A stretch of 64,000 nt of DNA from Eledone cirrhosa (Eukaryota), in the NCBI GenBank assembly GCA_964016885.1, contig OZ024743.1, forward strand, positions 195,548,001 to 195,612,000. Reading direction: 5' to 3'. Of this stretch, positions 45,540 to 59,454 are shown piece after piece. Within the stretch, counting starts at the first letter, position 1, and each line of letters begins with the position of its first letter. The notes beneath the pieces are model-generated. The model had not been told where the DNA came from and searched no databases. It saw only the letters and a program-made list of their open reading frames with translations. A program made the translations under genes and the position numbers.

Positions 45540-47000
45540 GTCCCCTGCGCCATGTTTCTTCCAAGTCAAGGACCACACAGAACACTTGTCTATTTGTGTA
45601 TGTCCAGAGATGCTGGTAATAATTTACAACTGATGTGGGCCAGATGGAGTCAGGCTGTATCAGGTGTTGATATTCATATATAATACAGTGTTGGCGGACA
45701 GTAGTGATTTGATGTTGTAGCTATTTCTGTTTCATGTTCTTGTTTGGGTTAAGTGAAAGATATATTCCTTTTAGGTGGTTGCAGTTTCTGTAGTGCTCCT
45801 GTGTGCTTTATAATTGTCTGAGTGGCTGGAGATGTTTTGTGTGTGTGTATGCGTGTGCGTGTGCGTGTGCGTGTGTGTGCGTGTGTGTGTGTGTGGTTGC
45901 CGAGGTTGATGCTTGTTGCGGCAACAAAATGTGCACTTCTTATACCCAGGTGATCTTTCAATTTTAGTACTTTTGTTTCGTTTTGTCAATGCAGTATGTG
46001 TACAACCTCTTCAGATGTTTAGTATGCTGCTTATGGTTCTTTACCATTTCCTGTGGTAATACAGAGATTTGGTTTTCCGAAGCAAAATTGGTGTTCTGTA
46101 CCATGACTGATTTAATGAACTGCTTGTAACTTATTGCTGATATTGTTTATTTCTGATGGACAGATATTGCATGTGTGCCTACTCTATGTTTCTGTAATAG
46201 ATTTTACTGTCTTCTATACTTGTCCTGAGGATTCTCGAGTAACTGTTTGTACATACATCTACTTTTGTCTCTTTCAATGTTTATGTAAGATAGTTATTTT
46301 GTTGAGTGTGCTAGATAGTTGTATTTGATGTTTTCTTTTCGTGCTGGTATAAAGCAGAACATTTCATTTAGTAGGTACTAACTTGAGCTTCTGGATGTGG
46401 GGTCGGATTCCCAGAAAATGCAAAAAGGTTTGTGCGACAGAGCCTTGAAGTGATGTGAAAATATGAGCGTGCTGTTATATTGGTGACTGGAGAATGGTGA
46501 GAAGATGTAGGTGAGTGTTTGGTATAGACTGAATTAATTCGACCACAGATTGTGTACTTATTATATTCCATTGGAGATAGCTAAGTTTCTGGAGTTTTTT
46601 TTTCTTATATATAACACAAGGATAGCAGCTTAGCATATTTTACTAGCCAGCATTGTGTATATTTTTCTTAACATGATTTTGAGTATTTTTCCATTGGTGA
46701 AATGCGGGGCATGGTAAAAATAGCTTTGTTGGTGTTGATTGTATTCAGAATGGTACATGTGATTTAGTGTGTGGCGTATTTGGTGAGAGACGTATTTGAG
46801 CAGGTTTGCTTGTATTTTTGTTTGGCTCTATAATTGCAATACTGTTATATTTATAAAAAGACGAGGAGTCCTTAAGATGCATTCGTGGTGTATGTATGTG
46901 CACCCCCTTTTCGGACTACGAGGCTATTGGAGTCTGAGATCGCCTTATTGCGTTTGATTATGAAGGATTGTGCTTAAGTGGGAGAAGCCTATTTTTCTCG
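45540..47000 (-). pseudogene. Probable highly decayed Penelope-like RT
   Basis: Strong strand bias (A/C-rich minus strand) with weak ordered remnants resembling IVIKxADK, NNFxF..QxxG and HPxHT. No intact frame. Confidence 0.35.
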
Positions 47001-47689
47001 CCGTTGTAGGTGTTCGTATACCAAAAATATCAGTGAACACTATTAAGAGTGGCTACTAACATAAATGTATATAAGATGGAAGATACAGGACTATCGTGTA
47101 AAAAGCAAAAGCACTGTATCAGCATCACTAATGTATTATCATTACCACTATATTTCATTAGCTGTATTGAGTCCTATAATGCAGCAGGTGGTACTTCCAG
47201 TTCAGGTACCATTTTCAACGCCCCTGTTTGATATAAATTAATATGAAGTTTTACGAAGAAACATCAATATCTAATACCTTGAACTGTATAACATTTCTAA
47301 CCCCGCCTTCTCTCTGTCACTAAATGCGTTACTGTGACCAAACTAAAAGTGGTATAAACATACATATGGTAGTAGATCGGGTCTTGGTACTAGATTTTGC
47401 AACTAACAGTTCGAATATAATTCCCCATCTTCAAGAAAACTAATCTAATAAACAAGGAACTTTTTTCTCCTGTTTATGATGTGAGACGTTGCATATATTG
47501 GGATAACATTCGTTTTGGACAGAGAAAGCCAGTTTTGTTTTTCATATTCAGTTTTTGTATTTTATTCTCAGTGTCTAATCTACTTTACAGTATCGTTTAT
47601 ATTTTTACTCTTCTTCAGAGATGTGATTAATATCAAGCGAATATGAGGACATGTGGTTGGCAGATGAGAAAATGAATTACACGCAAAAT

Positions 47690-48000
47690 GAGGAACTGTG
47701 AAAGCGAGAAGGATGACACAGATACAGCGACAGAGACATAGAAAAAAGAGAGGGAGAGAGAAGGGCTGTTAGAAAGGGAGAGTGGGGGAGAGGTATTGAA
47801 GGGAGATACAGAGATTGAAAGAGAGAGCGAGGATGTAGGAGGGAGATTCAGAGAGAGGGGAGTTAGAGGAAGATACAAAGAGAGAGATAGGGAGAGAGGG
47901 GGTGTAATAAGGAGATACAGAGAGAGAGAGATAGGGAGAAAGAGAGGGGGATAACATGGTGGGAAAAAAGTTTGATAGAGAAAAAAACGAGTGAGTGAGA
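47690..48000. repeat. Purine-rich (GA-type) low-complexity tract
   Basis: Imperfect (GA)n/(GGAGA)n. Confidence 0.8.
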
Positions 48001-48911
48001 ATGGTGAGCCATAAATGATAATGCTATTCACTGAACAAATAGGAACGGAAATTGAATAAGAGTTTTCAAAAATATTATTTAGTAGTATGAAATATAAAGG
48101 CATGGAGAAAAAAACGAAAGACATATATTAAATAGCGATACAAACTTGCAAGTGTAGAGACATAGGTAAGGAGATGGGAACGAAGCAGTGAAAGAGAAAA
48201 GGGTAATAATGTTTTAGTTTTTTTGCTCGTTGGAGACCGGTTTGTCATGGAAACAGATAGGAAAAGGAGGTTTATGAATGTTAGAAAAGAGAAGATGAGA
48301 AAGAATATGTGAGACGAGAGTGGAGTAAATTCAAATAAAAAAAAAAGATAAAAGCTATTTTATAGAATATATTCCTATGAAAAAATGACAAATATTCTTT
48401 ATTCCTTCTTTGAATTATGAGAAACAAATTTAATTTTCAAGGTTGTCAGTTCCTCCTTATATACCCACATGTTATTTTTCTTTCAAAGTGACTTAAAACT
48501 AAATCTAAGTCAATTTTTGAGCTATTTATTGCCAGAAACATTAAATATTTTCTGTATTTATATATCTGTACTGTATTGCACACATTTTTTATATTTATGC
48601 GTGAGTGCATTTCCTGGAAAAGCATTAATCACTAGCTATCTGAAAGAATCTTCTCTAAGGTTTCAGAGACATGTTCATACGGTTAGTATAAACAACAGAA
48701 GAGGCTGTGTTTGTTCCAAAACATCTAGAACAAATCAGTAAAAGATTGTAACATAAAAGCCGCAAAAGTCTGAAGGTGTCTGGACAAAATTGTAAAAGAG
48801 ATCAACATCGTGCTTTCTTATTTACTCTGGGATATGAAAACAACTCTCCCCAGTGGACATGGAGTAACATATTTCAATACAAGTATTCTTCAGAAATACA
48901 ATAAAGAATTA

Positions 48912-49300
48912 TTGATTTCTAATTTAGGCACAATGCCAGCAAATATTAGTGTAGAACAAAGGTGGCCAAATCACTCCCATTTCTAGACTAGTACTTTATT
49001 TTTTTGACCCCAGAAGGAGCAAAGACAAAGTTGAACTCGGCAGGATTTGAACTCAAACTGCAAAGGGTCAAGACAAATAACTGTTTCTACTTTTAGGCAC
49101 AAGGCCAGCAATTACTCAGTACATTACTGGTACTTTATTTTATCGACCCCGTAAGGATGAAAGGCAAAGTCAACCTCGGCGGGATTTGAACTCAGATCAT
49201 AAAGGGACGTAACTATGCTGGAAAGCATGGCGTCCGACCCTCTACCAATACTGCCAATCCACAATGACATATTATCCAACGCTCTATCGATCCTGCCAAT
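48912..49300 (-). mobile_element. Two tandem octopus-type SINEs
   Basis: Same unit as 28883-29460. Confidence 0.85.
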
Positions 49301-49879
49301 ACAGAAATTATGAGCTCAAATGTCATATTCGAGTAAAATGAAAGACAGGTGTTTTCATGTTATTACAGGAATTAACTATAATGTACCTCAACGTGAGACA
49401 GCGTTATGTAGTATGTACACAAAAATGTTTTAATCCATCGAAACTCTAGCTGTAATCAAACGAAACATAATCTCAGTTATGACAATTGTCATATCAAAGG
49501 AATTAACTCCGAAATGTGAAGGGATCAAAACTGAATATAAGAGTGGTTTTGATCTATGAAAATATAATATTACTCATATTTACCCGATGAAAGATTGGGT
49601 GGAAGATATTCCCTGTTGAGCTAATGTAAAACAAAAGTTTCAATATAGGCACAACGCCTGCAATTTATGGGGAGGCGAAAGTCGACTATATCGAATGCGG
49701 TAGGATGAAAGCTAAAGTTTGGACTTTGAAAAAGCGGAATTACAGATTTGTTTTAAAGATAAGAGAAAAAATAACTTTACAGAGTTTTAATGTGGTGTGG
49801 TAATCAAACTCCCACAGTCACTGCTTCCGTCTCTCATGCTCTCCCCATCTCTCACTATTATAAGCAAATGGAAGCCAGG

Positions 49880-50130
49880 GACTGCCAGCTCCACAGCCCC
49901 AGCGGATTGGCCGTCCCGCGGCTCCGGCGGACAGAATAGAGAAGACGTTTCCCCGTAGGATGGTGAGTGTGAGACGCTGGAAGAGCCATTCAAGCACGCA
50001 AGGCTCGCACTCCTGGTTAGCCAACTCTGTTCCGACGGTGGTGAGACGGGGGGGGGGTGATCCTAGTTCCAAAGTCACCAGTCGTCTCCATTTCTACGGG
50101 CTTGACCTCAAACCTGGCGGAGACAGACCG
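49880..50130 (-). mobile_element. CRE-clade 3' fragment
   Basis: TVGTELANQECEPCVLEWLFQRLTLTILRGNVFSILSAGAAG aligns with the end of 51401-52213. Confidence 0.8.
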
Positions 50131-50235
50131 ATAGTATGAAATCAGAACGAAACACGACAAAAGATACTGCTAATCATTTACCCAATCCTCTAACGAATTA
50201 GCCAAATGACCTACCTGAAACAATTTAAAATAATG

Positions 50236-50588
50236 ATTTTTAATTCAGGTACAAGGCCATCAATTTTAGGGAGAACGGAAAGTCGATTATATTGACAAGG
50301 GTATTCTATCGAACTTTGAAGAATAATTGGTAAAGTTGACGACGGAGCGATTTGAACACCGAACCTAAAGTGCCGGAACAATTATTGCTAAGTGTTTGTC
50401 TGACCACCTATTTACTCTGCCAATCCACCGCTCCTGGCAATTTGTAAAAATGATTTCTGATTTAAACACAAGACCAGCAATTTTGTGGGATGGGAAAGTC
50501 GATGAAATCGACTACAGTTTGAGACTAGTACTTTATTTTATCGATCCCATAAGGATGAAAGGCTAAGTTTACCTTGGTGAGATTTCAG
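50236..50588 (-). mobile_element. Two diverged tandem SINEs
   Basis: Same SINE family motifs (aagtcgat..ctagtactttattttatcgatccc..aggatgaaagg). Confidence 0.75.
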
Positions 50589-51224
50589 ATTTGTTAAATA
50601 TAATATTCTAATGAGTAAAACCGTTAGTGAGAAACAAAAACACGGAACATCTTTCAGACCTGTCAACCCTCCTCATCCGACGGGGAAATCTCCTACCCAC
50701 TTTGGAGTGGGTGAGAGATGTCTTCTCTTGTAACAATGGGTATAGCTTTCATTGCGTAAAATATCACTATTTTGCTTCATTTCTCCCCGTTTTGGCACAC
50801 ATTTTTTCATGGTACTCCACGTTTGTGTTTTTAGAGGTTAGCATGTTTGATCTTTCAATGGGGCATATCGTATCCTCGTCTCTCTCATGTCAATGTTTGA
50901 GACACATAATATACGTTGGTTGAATACTCCGAACTATGATTCACATGCTATAGCATTGTTATATTTAACAACGCTTACAATATATCATGTTCAGATGATA
51001 TTAAATAGAATTAACCTCAGCAGATACCTCCTTCAAGTAACGCATATGCCTTAATTACTCTGCTATCAACAATGATCTAGAAGTAGGTTTTATTCTAAAA
51101 GTTGACACCTATATCAACATCATAGCATTTACAGTGCCTGCACCTGAAGACAACACGTCTACCACAAAATAACTAACATACATTTAAAATGTTGTAGAGT
51201 ATTAGTATGCCAATTAACGTATTG

Positions 51225-54200
51225 ATTTTTTTTTTTTTTTTTTTTTTTGTAATGTTATTTATTTTTAACCTCGATAGGATTTGAACGCAGTGTAAAAATC
51301 CAGAAGGAATAATGCAAAGCGTTAGTTCCAACAAATTTGGTAAATAATATGTAATATTTACATTTATACCATTGAACATCGATGAAAGAATGGTATTTAA
51401 CTAATGTATTGGTACGCGATGGGGCCCACCTACAGCCCCGGCGGACAGAATGGAGAAGGCGTTTCTCAGGAGGACGCCAAGGGAGACGCACTGGAAAAGC
51501 CACTCCAACTCGCGGGGCTCACACCTGCGGCTGGCCAGCTCAGCGTCTATGGTGTTGATTAAGGAGGTAGGCCTGGGGCCGAGTACACCAGAAATTTCCA
51601 CTGCCAGGGGAACGACCGCAAACCTGTCGGAGAGCGACCGGTATTTGAGGAGTTTGGCCCCCTCAGCCCGACGTGCAGCAGAACCTGGCTCAGTCGCAGA
51701 CTGCACCAGGTTGCGGCTGCAGAAATTGTCGGTGCAAGTGGCATCCCAGACGAGGGGTTTGCCACCGCGGAACGGGAAGATGGTCATGCCATCTGGCCTT
51801 TTGCCGTCCCCTCGATCCAGCCCCACCGGCTTGAGCTGGGAAGGGAAGCCTGCAGCGTCCAGGCCATGCTTAATGACCTCGTTGAGGGCAGTATGGCGTG
51901 GAATGCGGCCGGCACTGTGGCGACAGGAAAGCGGGTGGAGGGCGAAAGTGTCCACGGTGGAACCGCAGTGACATTGATGTGGCTGGCAGATCCAGAGGCC
52001 GAGCCTCAGGGAAACGCCCATTCGCAGGCTATGGTTGTCTAGCTGCGTGCCAGTGGAGAAGGAGGGCAGAGCATGGAGCCAGGCCCCACCGTGGGGTTTG
52101 GAGGCCGCACGAAAACAAGCAAGTCGGTGCTGGTCGAGCTGGCGCGTGAGCCTGTCTGAGGCCAGTCTGCACTGGATGGCATCCCAAGTGCGTTGGGGGG
52201 GACGTGACGTCAACAGGGGAAGAAGGAGGAGGGACGTCTACTGGGCTAAGTCCCAGCCGGTCCCACGTCTCACAGGCGGCCTGACGTTCTCTGAACATAG
52301 AGGGTTCTGTTGTGATTTGAAGACCCCGCTGACGAGGACGCGGCACGAGGTTACCGACGAAAGGTACGCCGGCAAAGCTAATGAGATCGGGAATCGTAGG
52401 CCTAGGCCGCCATACCTGACCGATAAAGTGGCCTGTTGCCACCCTATGTCGTCAAACTTGATGTTGCATAACCCCTCGGCTGCTGCTCGGATACAAGTAT
52501 CGAAGTCAGCGAGGAGAGATGTCTGGGTATAGCATGGAGCGCTGTGGAGTGTATAGAGGAGCTTCGGCATGGCGAAGCAGTTCCTCAGCAGAAAGAGAGC
52601 TGGGTGGCCGTCAATCAAGCCCAGTCGGCTCGTGAGAGTCTGGGGCTGTTGAAGCCTGGACCTGATGGTGGAGCGGATGGCTGGCGGGTGGATCGGTGAC
52701 CCGAGGATGAGGACATCCTCTTTGGAGGTCACCTGAACCTGGCGGAGAATGGACCGCCCGTCCAAGACGGAGGCTGCAAAGCTCGCAGCATCGAGGCTGA
52801 CGTTCACCACCTCCGACTTGGCCGAGTTGACCTGGACGCCGATTCCCGCCAGGACAGTAATCACCGATTGAATGTCTTGGCAGACCGTCCGTACGGGCCC
52901 GCCCAACGTAGCATCATCCTGATTCCAAACATTGAGAGGGGCCGTGATACTCCGGGCGATGTGGTGAATACCAAGGGCGAACAGGAGGGGTCCCAAAGGG
53001 TCGCCCCGTTGGACCCCAGTAGCCGAGGGTGTAATCGCATCAGCAGCTAGGTGCATGATCCAGGCTCCATATGACAGGTAGGCCAGCGGGTAGGCAGAGG
53101 GGGGCTCAGCTGAGGCAGGCCTCGAGCAGATGATCCCGGCGTAAAGAGTTAAAGGCATTCCTCATGTCAAGCTTGACAATCGGGTGTCTGGAGTCCCTGG
53201 ATGCCGGTACCGATGGGCAGCTGCTGAAAAACTGCCTGATTGCATGAGAGGCTCCCTCACAGCCACCGGACACGCCGACACCCAGTTGCACCGGACTAAA
53301 CTCTTCACCCAGTTCGTGTGTGACGGGCTTGCAGATCACCTTGGCAGCCAGCCTCCGGAATACATTGCCCACAGCAATGGGGCGTATGCCACCCACTTTC
53401 TTCCTGAGAGCGGTGAGGCTGGCCGAAAAAAACAGGCCTCGGGCGTAAGGGTCTAGGCCACCATGAATGAGCCTATTGGTGAGCGCCACAATTGGGCCGC
53501 AGAGCAGCCAGGATCTCCTCGGTGGGTTGGAGGACAGTGTCCTCTGAGGTAACAACTCTGACTGCGGCCAAGACATCACCCATGATAAGCTTTGCGTTTA
53601 CCTGGTCACGCAAACGCTTCGCGATGGCCTCGGGGGTGGAGGATAGGGGGTACCTGAGGGTGGGGTGTGTGGCGTCCCTGGGCACGTTTGGAATGGGCGC
53701 TCGCCCAAATGACGAGACATTGGCCTTGACGAAGGCTGTTGTTGACCGGCCGCTCCGGTCAGCGCCAGAGCTGGGGAGGACGAGGGCGAGTGGGGCGAAA
53801 TAGAACAGCCGCTCCCAGTCACTGGCTCGATTGGAGTCCAGGGCGCTTTCAATCGAGGAAGCGAGGGCATCGGCTACCGGCACCCGTGCCGCTCTCGAGA
53901 TCCTGAGTGGGATATTCCGGAGCCGCCTGAGCCGAGCAATGTTGACCAGCGAGGCTCGGGCGTCAGGCAAACTCGCTGTCCCATCTGGTGGTGTGCCAGA
54001 CGGCCGTGGCTGGGAAGACGTGGGGAAGAGGCAGCTCCTGCACCCCCACGCTGCGAGGGCATTGGAAGCTCGACGAGTCAAGCCAACGCAGGTGAGGTGG
54101 TGGAAGCAGCCGCACCCCAAACATTTCCGACCCCTCTTACGTTTGTTAGTGGTGCCGCAAGTGCTGCGGGTGTCGATTTGGACGGGTGGGGTGGGGCGTA

Positions 54201-54480
54201 GGGCCTGGGACTGGGGAACCGAGCGGCATCAGGGTTGGGTGGCTGGTCTGTGTGAGTAGAAGGGAAAGTGCTGGTAAGAGGGCAGCATAGTTCACCTATA
54301 TATATGGAAGTGCCAGAAAACGAGAGTGAAAGGGAGCTGCATGGGGGTAGAATGGAAGTAAATGAATGAGTGAATGGATGGATGTACACAAAAAGGGGTG
54401 GGGGGGAGAACACAAGGGGTTGTTCCCAGTGGAAAGACCCAGAGTTCAGCACGCACACATACGAGCAACTGTGCAGTTTG
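51225..54480 (-). mobile_element. Near-full-length CRE-clade non-LTR retrotransposon (PHD finger, RT, CCHH zinc knuckle, restriction-like endonuclease), frameshifted
   Basis: GC-rich island. ORF pieces 53473-54120, 53106-53579 (GGIRPIAVGNVFRRLAAK, QLGVGVSGGCE, VKLDMRNAFNS), 52238-53158 (GVQRGDPLGPLLF, WNQDD, QATLSVRYGGLG) and 51401-52213 (CHCG..H..SC, RHTALNE, GKRPDG, LVWD). AATAAA and a 24-nt poly(A) lie at 51225-51262. The 5' boundary is uncertain. Confidence 0.9.
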
Positions 54481-54884
54481 TCATAGACGATATTCTCAAT
54501 GGACGTGCTTACAATATTTGAATATAACTGAACCTTGTGTCATTTAATTTGAAAAGTGGAGCTAAGTAAAAGGAGAATAGTGAATTCGGAGTGTCAATCC
54601 CTTGTGATTTTTTTTTTTTCAACACCAGCCTTACACTTTTCCAGGATTTATACTCATTTTTTTTTTTTTTTTGCCTTCAAAAGGATGGAGGCGTTTTATA
54701 TCCTCATGAAACTGACATTACTTAATGATGTTCGTCATCTATGGCTTATTCATATGTCATAACACTACCCCCACCCCCACCCCCACTATATATATATATA
54801 TCACTTCCTCTCTGGCATTCACTCTCTTCCCCTTCTCTGGAAGAAATCGCGTGTCAATAGACGTGGAGTGGAGATGGACTTAGC

Positions 54885-54932
<48 letters not shown>

Positions 54933-55007
54933 TATATATATATACATATATACACACATATATATATATATACATATATACACACATATATATATATATA
55001 CATATAT

Positions 55008-55098
<91 letters not shown>

Positions 55099-56769
55099 TA
55101 CAATGTAGCTACATAGGCAAAGGAAACCCAAAGCTCGAACTTCTGAATAGTGCTAATGAGTGTGAAGCCAATACAGAAAAGAGAAAGAGACTGATACTCT
55201 TTGAAGGTTTCAAAATCTTCGTGGTGTCCAGTCAACATCTGAGGGAAATGCTGTCCAGCAAGATGTATGTGAAATGATAGTATAATAATATGTATAACTG
55301 CCTTCCGTTTCATTCCAATTCTTATGTCTTCACCATTAAATTTATCTTGATATATTAACATCTGTTTACAATGAACCCAACTGTCAATTCATAGTGGAAA
55401 ATTCACTACTCGCCATCTAGTTAATCTATTAGCAATTTTAGCATTCAGCATAACAAGAGGAAATGCGTGAACAATGAGCAGATAGCAACAGGCTAACCTT
55501 GAGTACTAATAAACATTTTAATCTCGGTAAATTCAACTGTATACCGCACCCCAATCATTCTATTGAAGACTATATACAAGGCTTTGGAAGGAGCGGAAAA
55601 TATATTAAAATGATGAGAAGAAATAAAAATGGTTAAAATATAATTAATGATATCAAATAAATCATATAACTGGATTTCATAAATTGACATTTGATTGTCA
55701 TGTTTCCGTATTGAAGCAGTTCTCTTGGCTCTGAATGTTAATTTACGAAACCATCACCAAACCATAATTCTTAGAAATTTGATTTCTATATTCCTCCATA
55801 TAACATATTTATTATATATGTGACCACTGAGATAAATATATCTCAACAAATTATATTCTATAGACATTACTGTCTTGAGAAGTGAATCGTTGCCAATCAA
55901 CTGCATAGTCTTTTAAGGAGGGGTGAAATCTATAAACATATATAATCAACAGCTGATTATATGATATTTGTTTCCCCTTAAGGGTCCGTAGAAAAAGTTA
56001 TGTAGTAGTTTTATATATGGCGTAACGGTATGGGTTCTCTATTTCGCTTCATATAAAGACAAAGGAATGCACATACAAGCAATGTATGTCCTCGTTTAGT
56101 TATATAATCACGAATAACAGCAGGGCAGAAGTTATTGGGAGAAGCGGGGTTAAACACAGTTCAACAACGGACAAGTACTTGAAAGATAATATTGTGAATG
56201 TGGTTGTTATAAAGACTTTTTTTTCTACGTTGCAGCCTTTCTTTTCTGTGGTCTTGATTAAACATGTGTATGATATCCCACTGATATAAATGACGAAAAT
56301 ACAAAACATATCCAGTGAAAGTATGGACCTTGTTGTGTATATAAGATATATTTATTTATCTACTGTCAACTGCAGCTATTTGAGCCTCGTCTCCTCTGAG
56401 TCGTTCTTTAAGTTTCCAACAGTTTAAGTGAGACAAAGAGGAAAAAGTCATATATATATATGAAGCTGAGTCTAAACTACAGTAGCATAACTGAGAACAA
56501 ACGTTTATTCAATTAACATCAGACCATATCCATAACTAGTAGAAACAAAATGGTTGAGAGACACCTGATTGAATTATCAGCTCGTTAGTCTTACGTTCCA
56601 ATCCATATCAAACACTTAGGTGTGTATTTTGCCAGTAAACACAATTCTACATAACTCACTGCACTCTTTTCACACGTAGGAAATGTTATTTGCCATATAA
56701 GATACCCTTATTCATATTAGAGTCATTTAAAACTATAAAGCCAAATATAATCACTAGCCTAATATTATT

Positions 56770-57170
56770 AAGTGCATTTGTGAGTTAAGTTCCCGCTGTT
56801 GTTAGATTTGCCTTAAATCATTAAGATGTCGATAAAATAAAGTACTAGTAATAGTAATGAACTGCATCGATTCGGTCAAATTTCTCCCCCCCCCCTCCCA
56901 CGAAATTGCTGACCTTGTGCAAAAGTCATAAACCATTATTAAGAGCATTTGTGGGGCAGTGGATTGACAGTATCGGTAGAGCGTCGGACACCATGCTTTG
57001 TAGCATAGAGTTACTTCCCTTTACGTTCTGAGTTCTGATCACGCCAAGCTTAGCTTTGCCTTTCATCCTTAATGAGTCGATAAAATAAAGTACCAGTAAC
57101 GCACTGGGGTCGATTTATTCGACTTTCCATTCCCTAAAATTGTCTGGCTTTCTGCCTGAATAAGAAACAA
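56770..57170 (+). mobile_element. Two tandem octopus-type SINEs (second one full length)
   Basis: gcagtggattgacagtatcggtagagcgtcggac..gagttctgatc..ttgcctttcatcc..gtcgataaaataaagtaccag..gaaaca. Confidence 0.85.
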
Positions 57171-57644
57171 TTGTTAAGCGCATTTGTGAATTATAACATA
57201 TTAATTTACTTGTAATAAGTTCGCTGTCCGAATCCTGTAGTTCAAATTCGATCTAGCGCTTCAGTTAAAAAATAATCAAACGTGATAGTTAACTGTAGAT
57301 ATTAAATTGAGTAACGTTTGAAGCTCGAATCATGTCTGAGCTGTAAAAACTACAATAAAACTACTATATAACTTCAAAGAAATGGAAGGATATAAAGTTT
57401 ATCGGCTGGTCTTCTTTGCAATAATCAGAAAAAACAATTCATATAATTATTTCTAATTTAAGTACTAGACCTACAACTTGCGGGGAGAGGAAGGTCAATG
57501 ACACATATAAAGGTAGCTATGTTTACCTTTCTTCAACTCCGGTCATGGAAAATGCCTTCCAAAATCTTACAAAGTCCCTTCAAAAGGTTATATTTCATAA
57601 AGACGGAACATATTAACAGAGACAAACCTACAATGCAAAGATTC

Positions 57645-58075
57645 TTTCTTTCTTGGTTGTCCATCGTGAACGATGATGACATCTTCTTTAATTTAGTTCC
57701 CGTCTGTCGTGGGCACGAAGGTGGTTGTGGAGGCCGATCCTTGACTTGCAGGTCCGGGGACAGTGGGGGCAGGGGAAGAGACCGGAGCCGCTTGGGGCAG
57801 CTGTTGATGCCTTTCTCCTCCTTTCACGGGCCTCAGTGACCTCTGCCCGTCTCTTCTCTGTAAAAGAGTCCTTGGCGCGTCTGGTAAGGGCTCGCCACTC
57901 AGTCCTGTACTGAGCATGGGACTCGAGTTGTTTTGGAGCGATTCCAGTGTTGTTGATACTGGACTTCACGCAGTCTTTGAACCTCCTGAGAGGCCTGCCC
58001 TGCCCCGCTTTCGTTTCCCCGAACAGAGTTCCCCATACATCAGTTGCTTCGGAAGCCTGTGATTGTCCTTCTGAA
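57645..58075 (-). mobile_element. RTE (BovB-like) LINE 3' fragment
   Basis: GQGRPLRRFKDCVK..RTEWRAL..FPCPHCPRTCKSRIGLHNHLRAH, followed by a short 3' UTR and an AAGA-type tail. Confidence 0.9.
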
Positions 58076-58216
58076 TGCAAAGATTAGTATTCCGCAAATA
58101 TACTAGGAAATACTTCAGATGACCCTACAAAATTTAAGACTTACAATAAATACTTTTCACATATATGAGACGGCACAGAGCTATATACATAAACGCTCCA
58201 CATCACACATAAAATA

Positions 58217-58811
58217 ATTATTTCTACTTTTGGCACAAGGCCGACAATTATCCCAGTGCATTTACTGGTACTTTATTTTATCGACCTCGTAAGGATGAAA
58301 GGCAAAGTTAACCTCAGCGGGATTTGAACTCAGACATAAAGTGCCGTAACTTTGTTGCTGCAAAGCATGGCGTCCGACCCTCTACCAATACTGCCAATCC
58401 ATCGCCCATAAAATAATTGTTTCTCCTTTAGGCACAAGGCCGGCAAATACCTAGTGCATTACTGGTACTTTATTTTAAGGATGAAAGGCAAAGTTAACCT
58501 CGGCGGGATTTGAACTCAGAATGGCAAGGGCCGTAACTCTATGCGTCAAAGCATGGCGTCCGAACTTCTACCGATACTGCCAATCCATCGCCCATAACAT
58601 AATGATTTCTTTTATAGGCACAAGGCCAGCCATCTTGGAGGAGGGGAAAGTGGATTAAATCGATCCCAGTGTATTACTGGTGCTTTGATTTATCGACCCC
58701 GTAAGGATGAAAGGCAAATTTAACCACAGCGTGATTTGACATCATACCGTAAAGGGCCGTAACTCTATGATGCAAAGCCTGTTGACCGACTTCTACCGAT
58801 ACTGCCAATCC
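58217..58811 (-). mobile_element. Three head-to-tail octopus-type SINEs
   Basis: Three 185-220 bp units of the same SINE separated by AAT-rich linkers. Confidence 0.9.
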
Positions 58812-59120
58812 ATAAAATAATGGTTTAAATAATGAATCAGGCTTTATAAAAGCAATATTTCTGCGCTCTGTCTATTCTACTATTATAACTGCAGCAACTC
58901 TGAACTAACTCTTGATATAATGCTTCATTAAGTCTCTTTTCTTTCTGGACCTGAAACTCTGAGAGATTCCCTTTCATAGAGTTATAGGACTGCAGATGTT
59001 CGAGGTGAAGTATAATTACAGTAATCCCAGTAATCTTTCCGCATTCCATCCTCTTCTTACTATATCATAAATGAAATGACGATTACATTCTTTTTATATA
59101 TTTCGATTAAGGACTTAAAA

Positions 59121-59454
59121 CAGAGGTTCTCAATGTTTGGGGCCACCACCTACCTCATGTCCACGTAATACGTTCAGCGCCCGCAACCTATTTGCCGAGA
59201 GACCTGCCTCTACTCAAATTGTATAAAATATATAATAAATAAAATATTTGATTAATATATAATAGATAACATAATATATACCATGTTTAAATAAATATAT
59301 ATTTTTTATTTTACTATATTTGTATACATGTATCATTTGATATTTAATATACTATTATATCATCTCTACTTCCCACTTTCCAGCGCCACCTGGACCTTCT
59401 CAACGCCCCCACCACCACCAATTTAGGATAGAAGCGGCCGCATTTGAACCTCTC
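59121..59454. mobile_element. hAT-like MITE
   Basis: Imperfect TIRs cagaggttctcaa / ttgaacctctc and an 8-bp TSD-like pair acttaaaa (59113-59120) / ccttaaaa (59455-59462). Confidence 0.6.

Noticed and set aside
51450-54259. Long plus-strand ORFs over the CRE element
   Set aside because: Antisense shadows of a GC-rich coding region, with no recognisable motifs.
56955-57045. tRNA-like A/B boxes
   Set aside because: These are SINE heads, not cloverleaf-forming tRNA genes.
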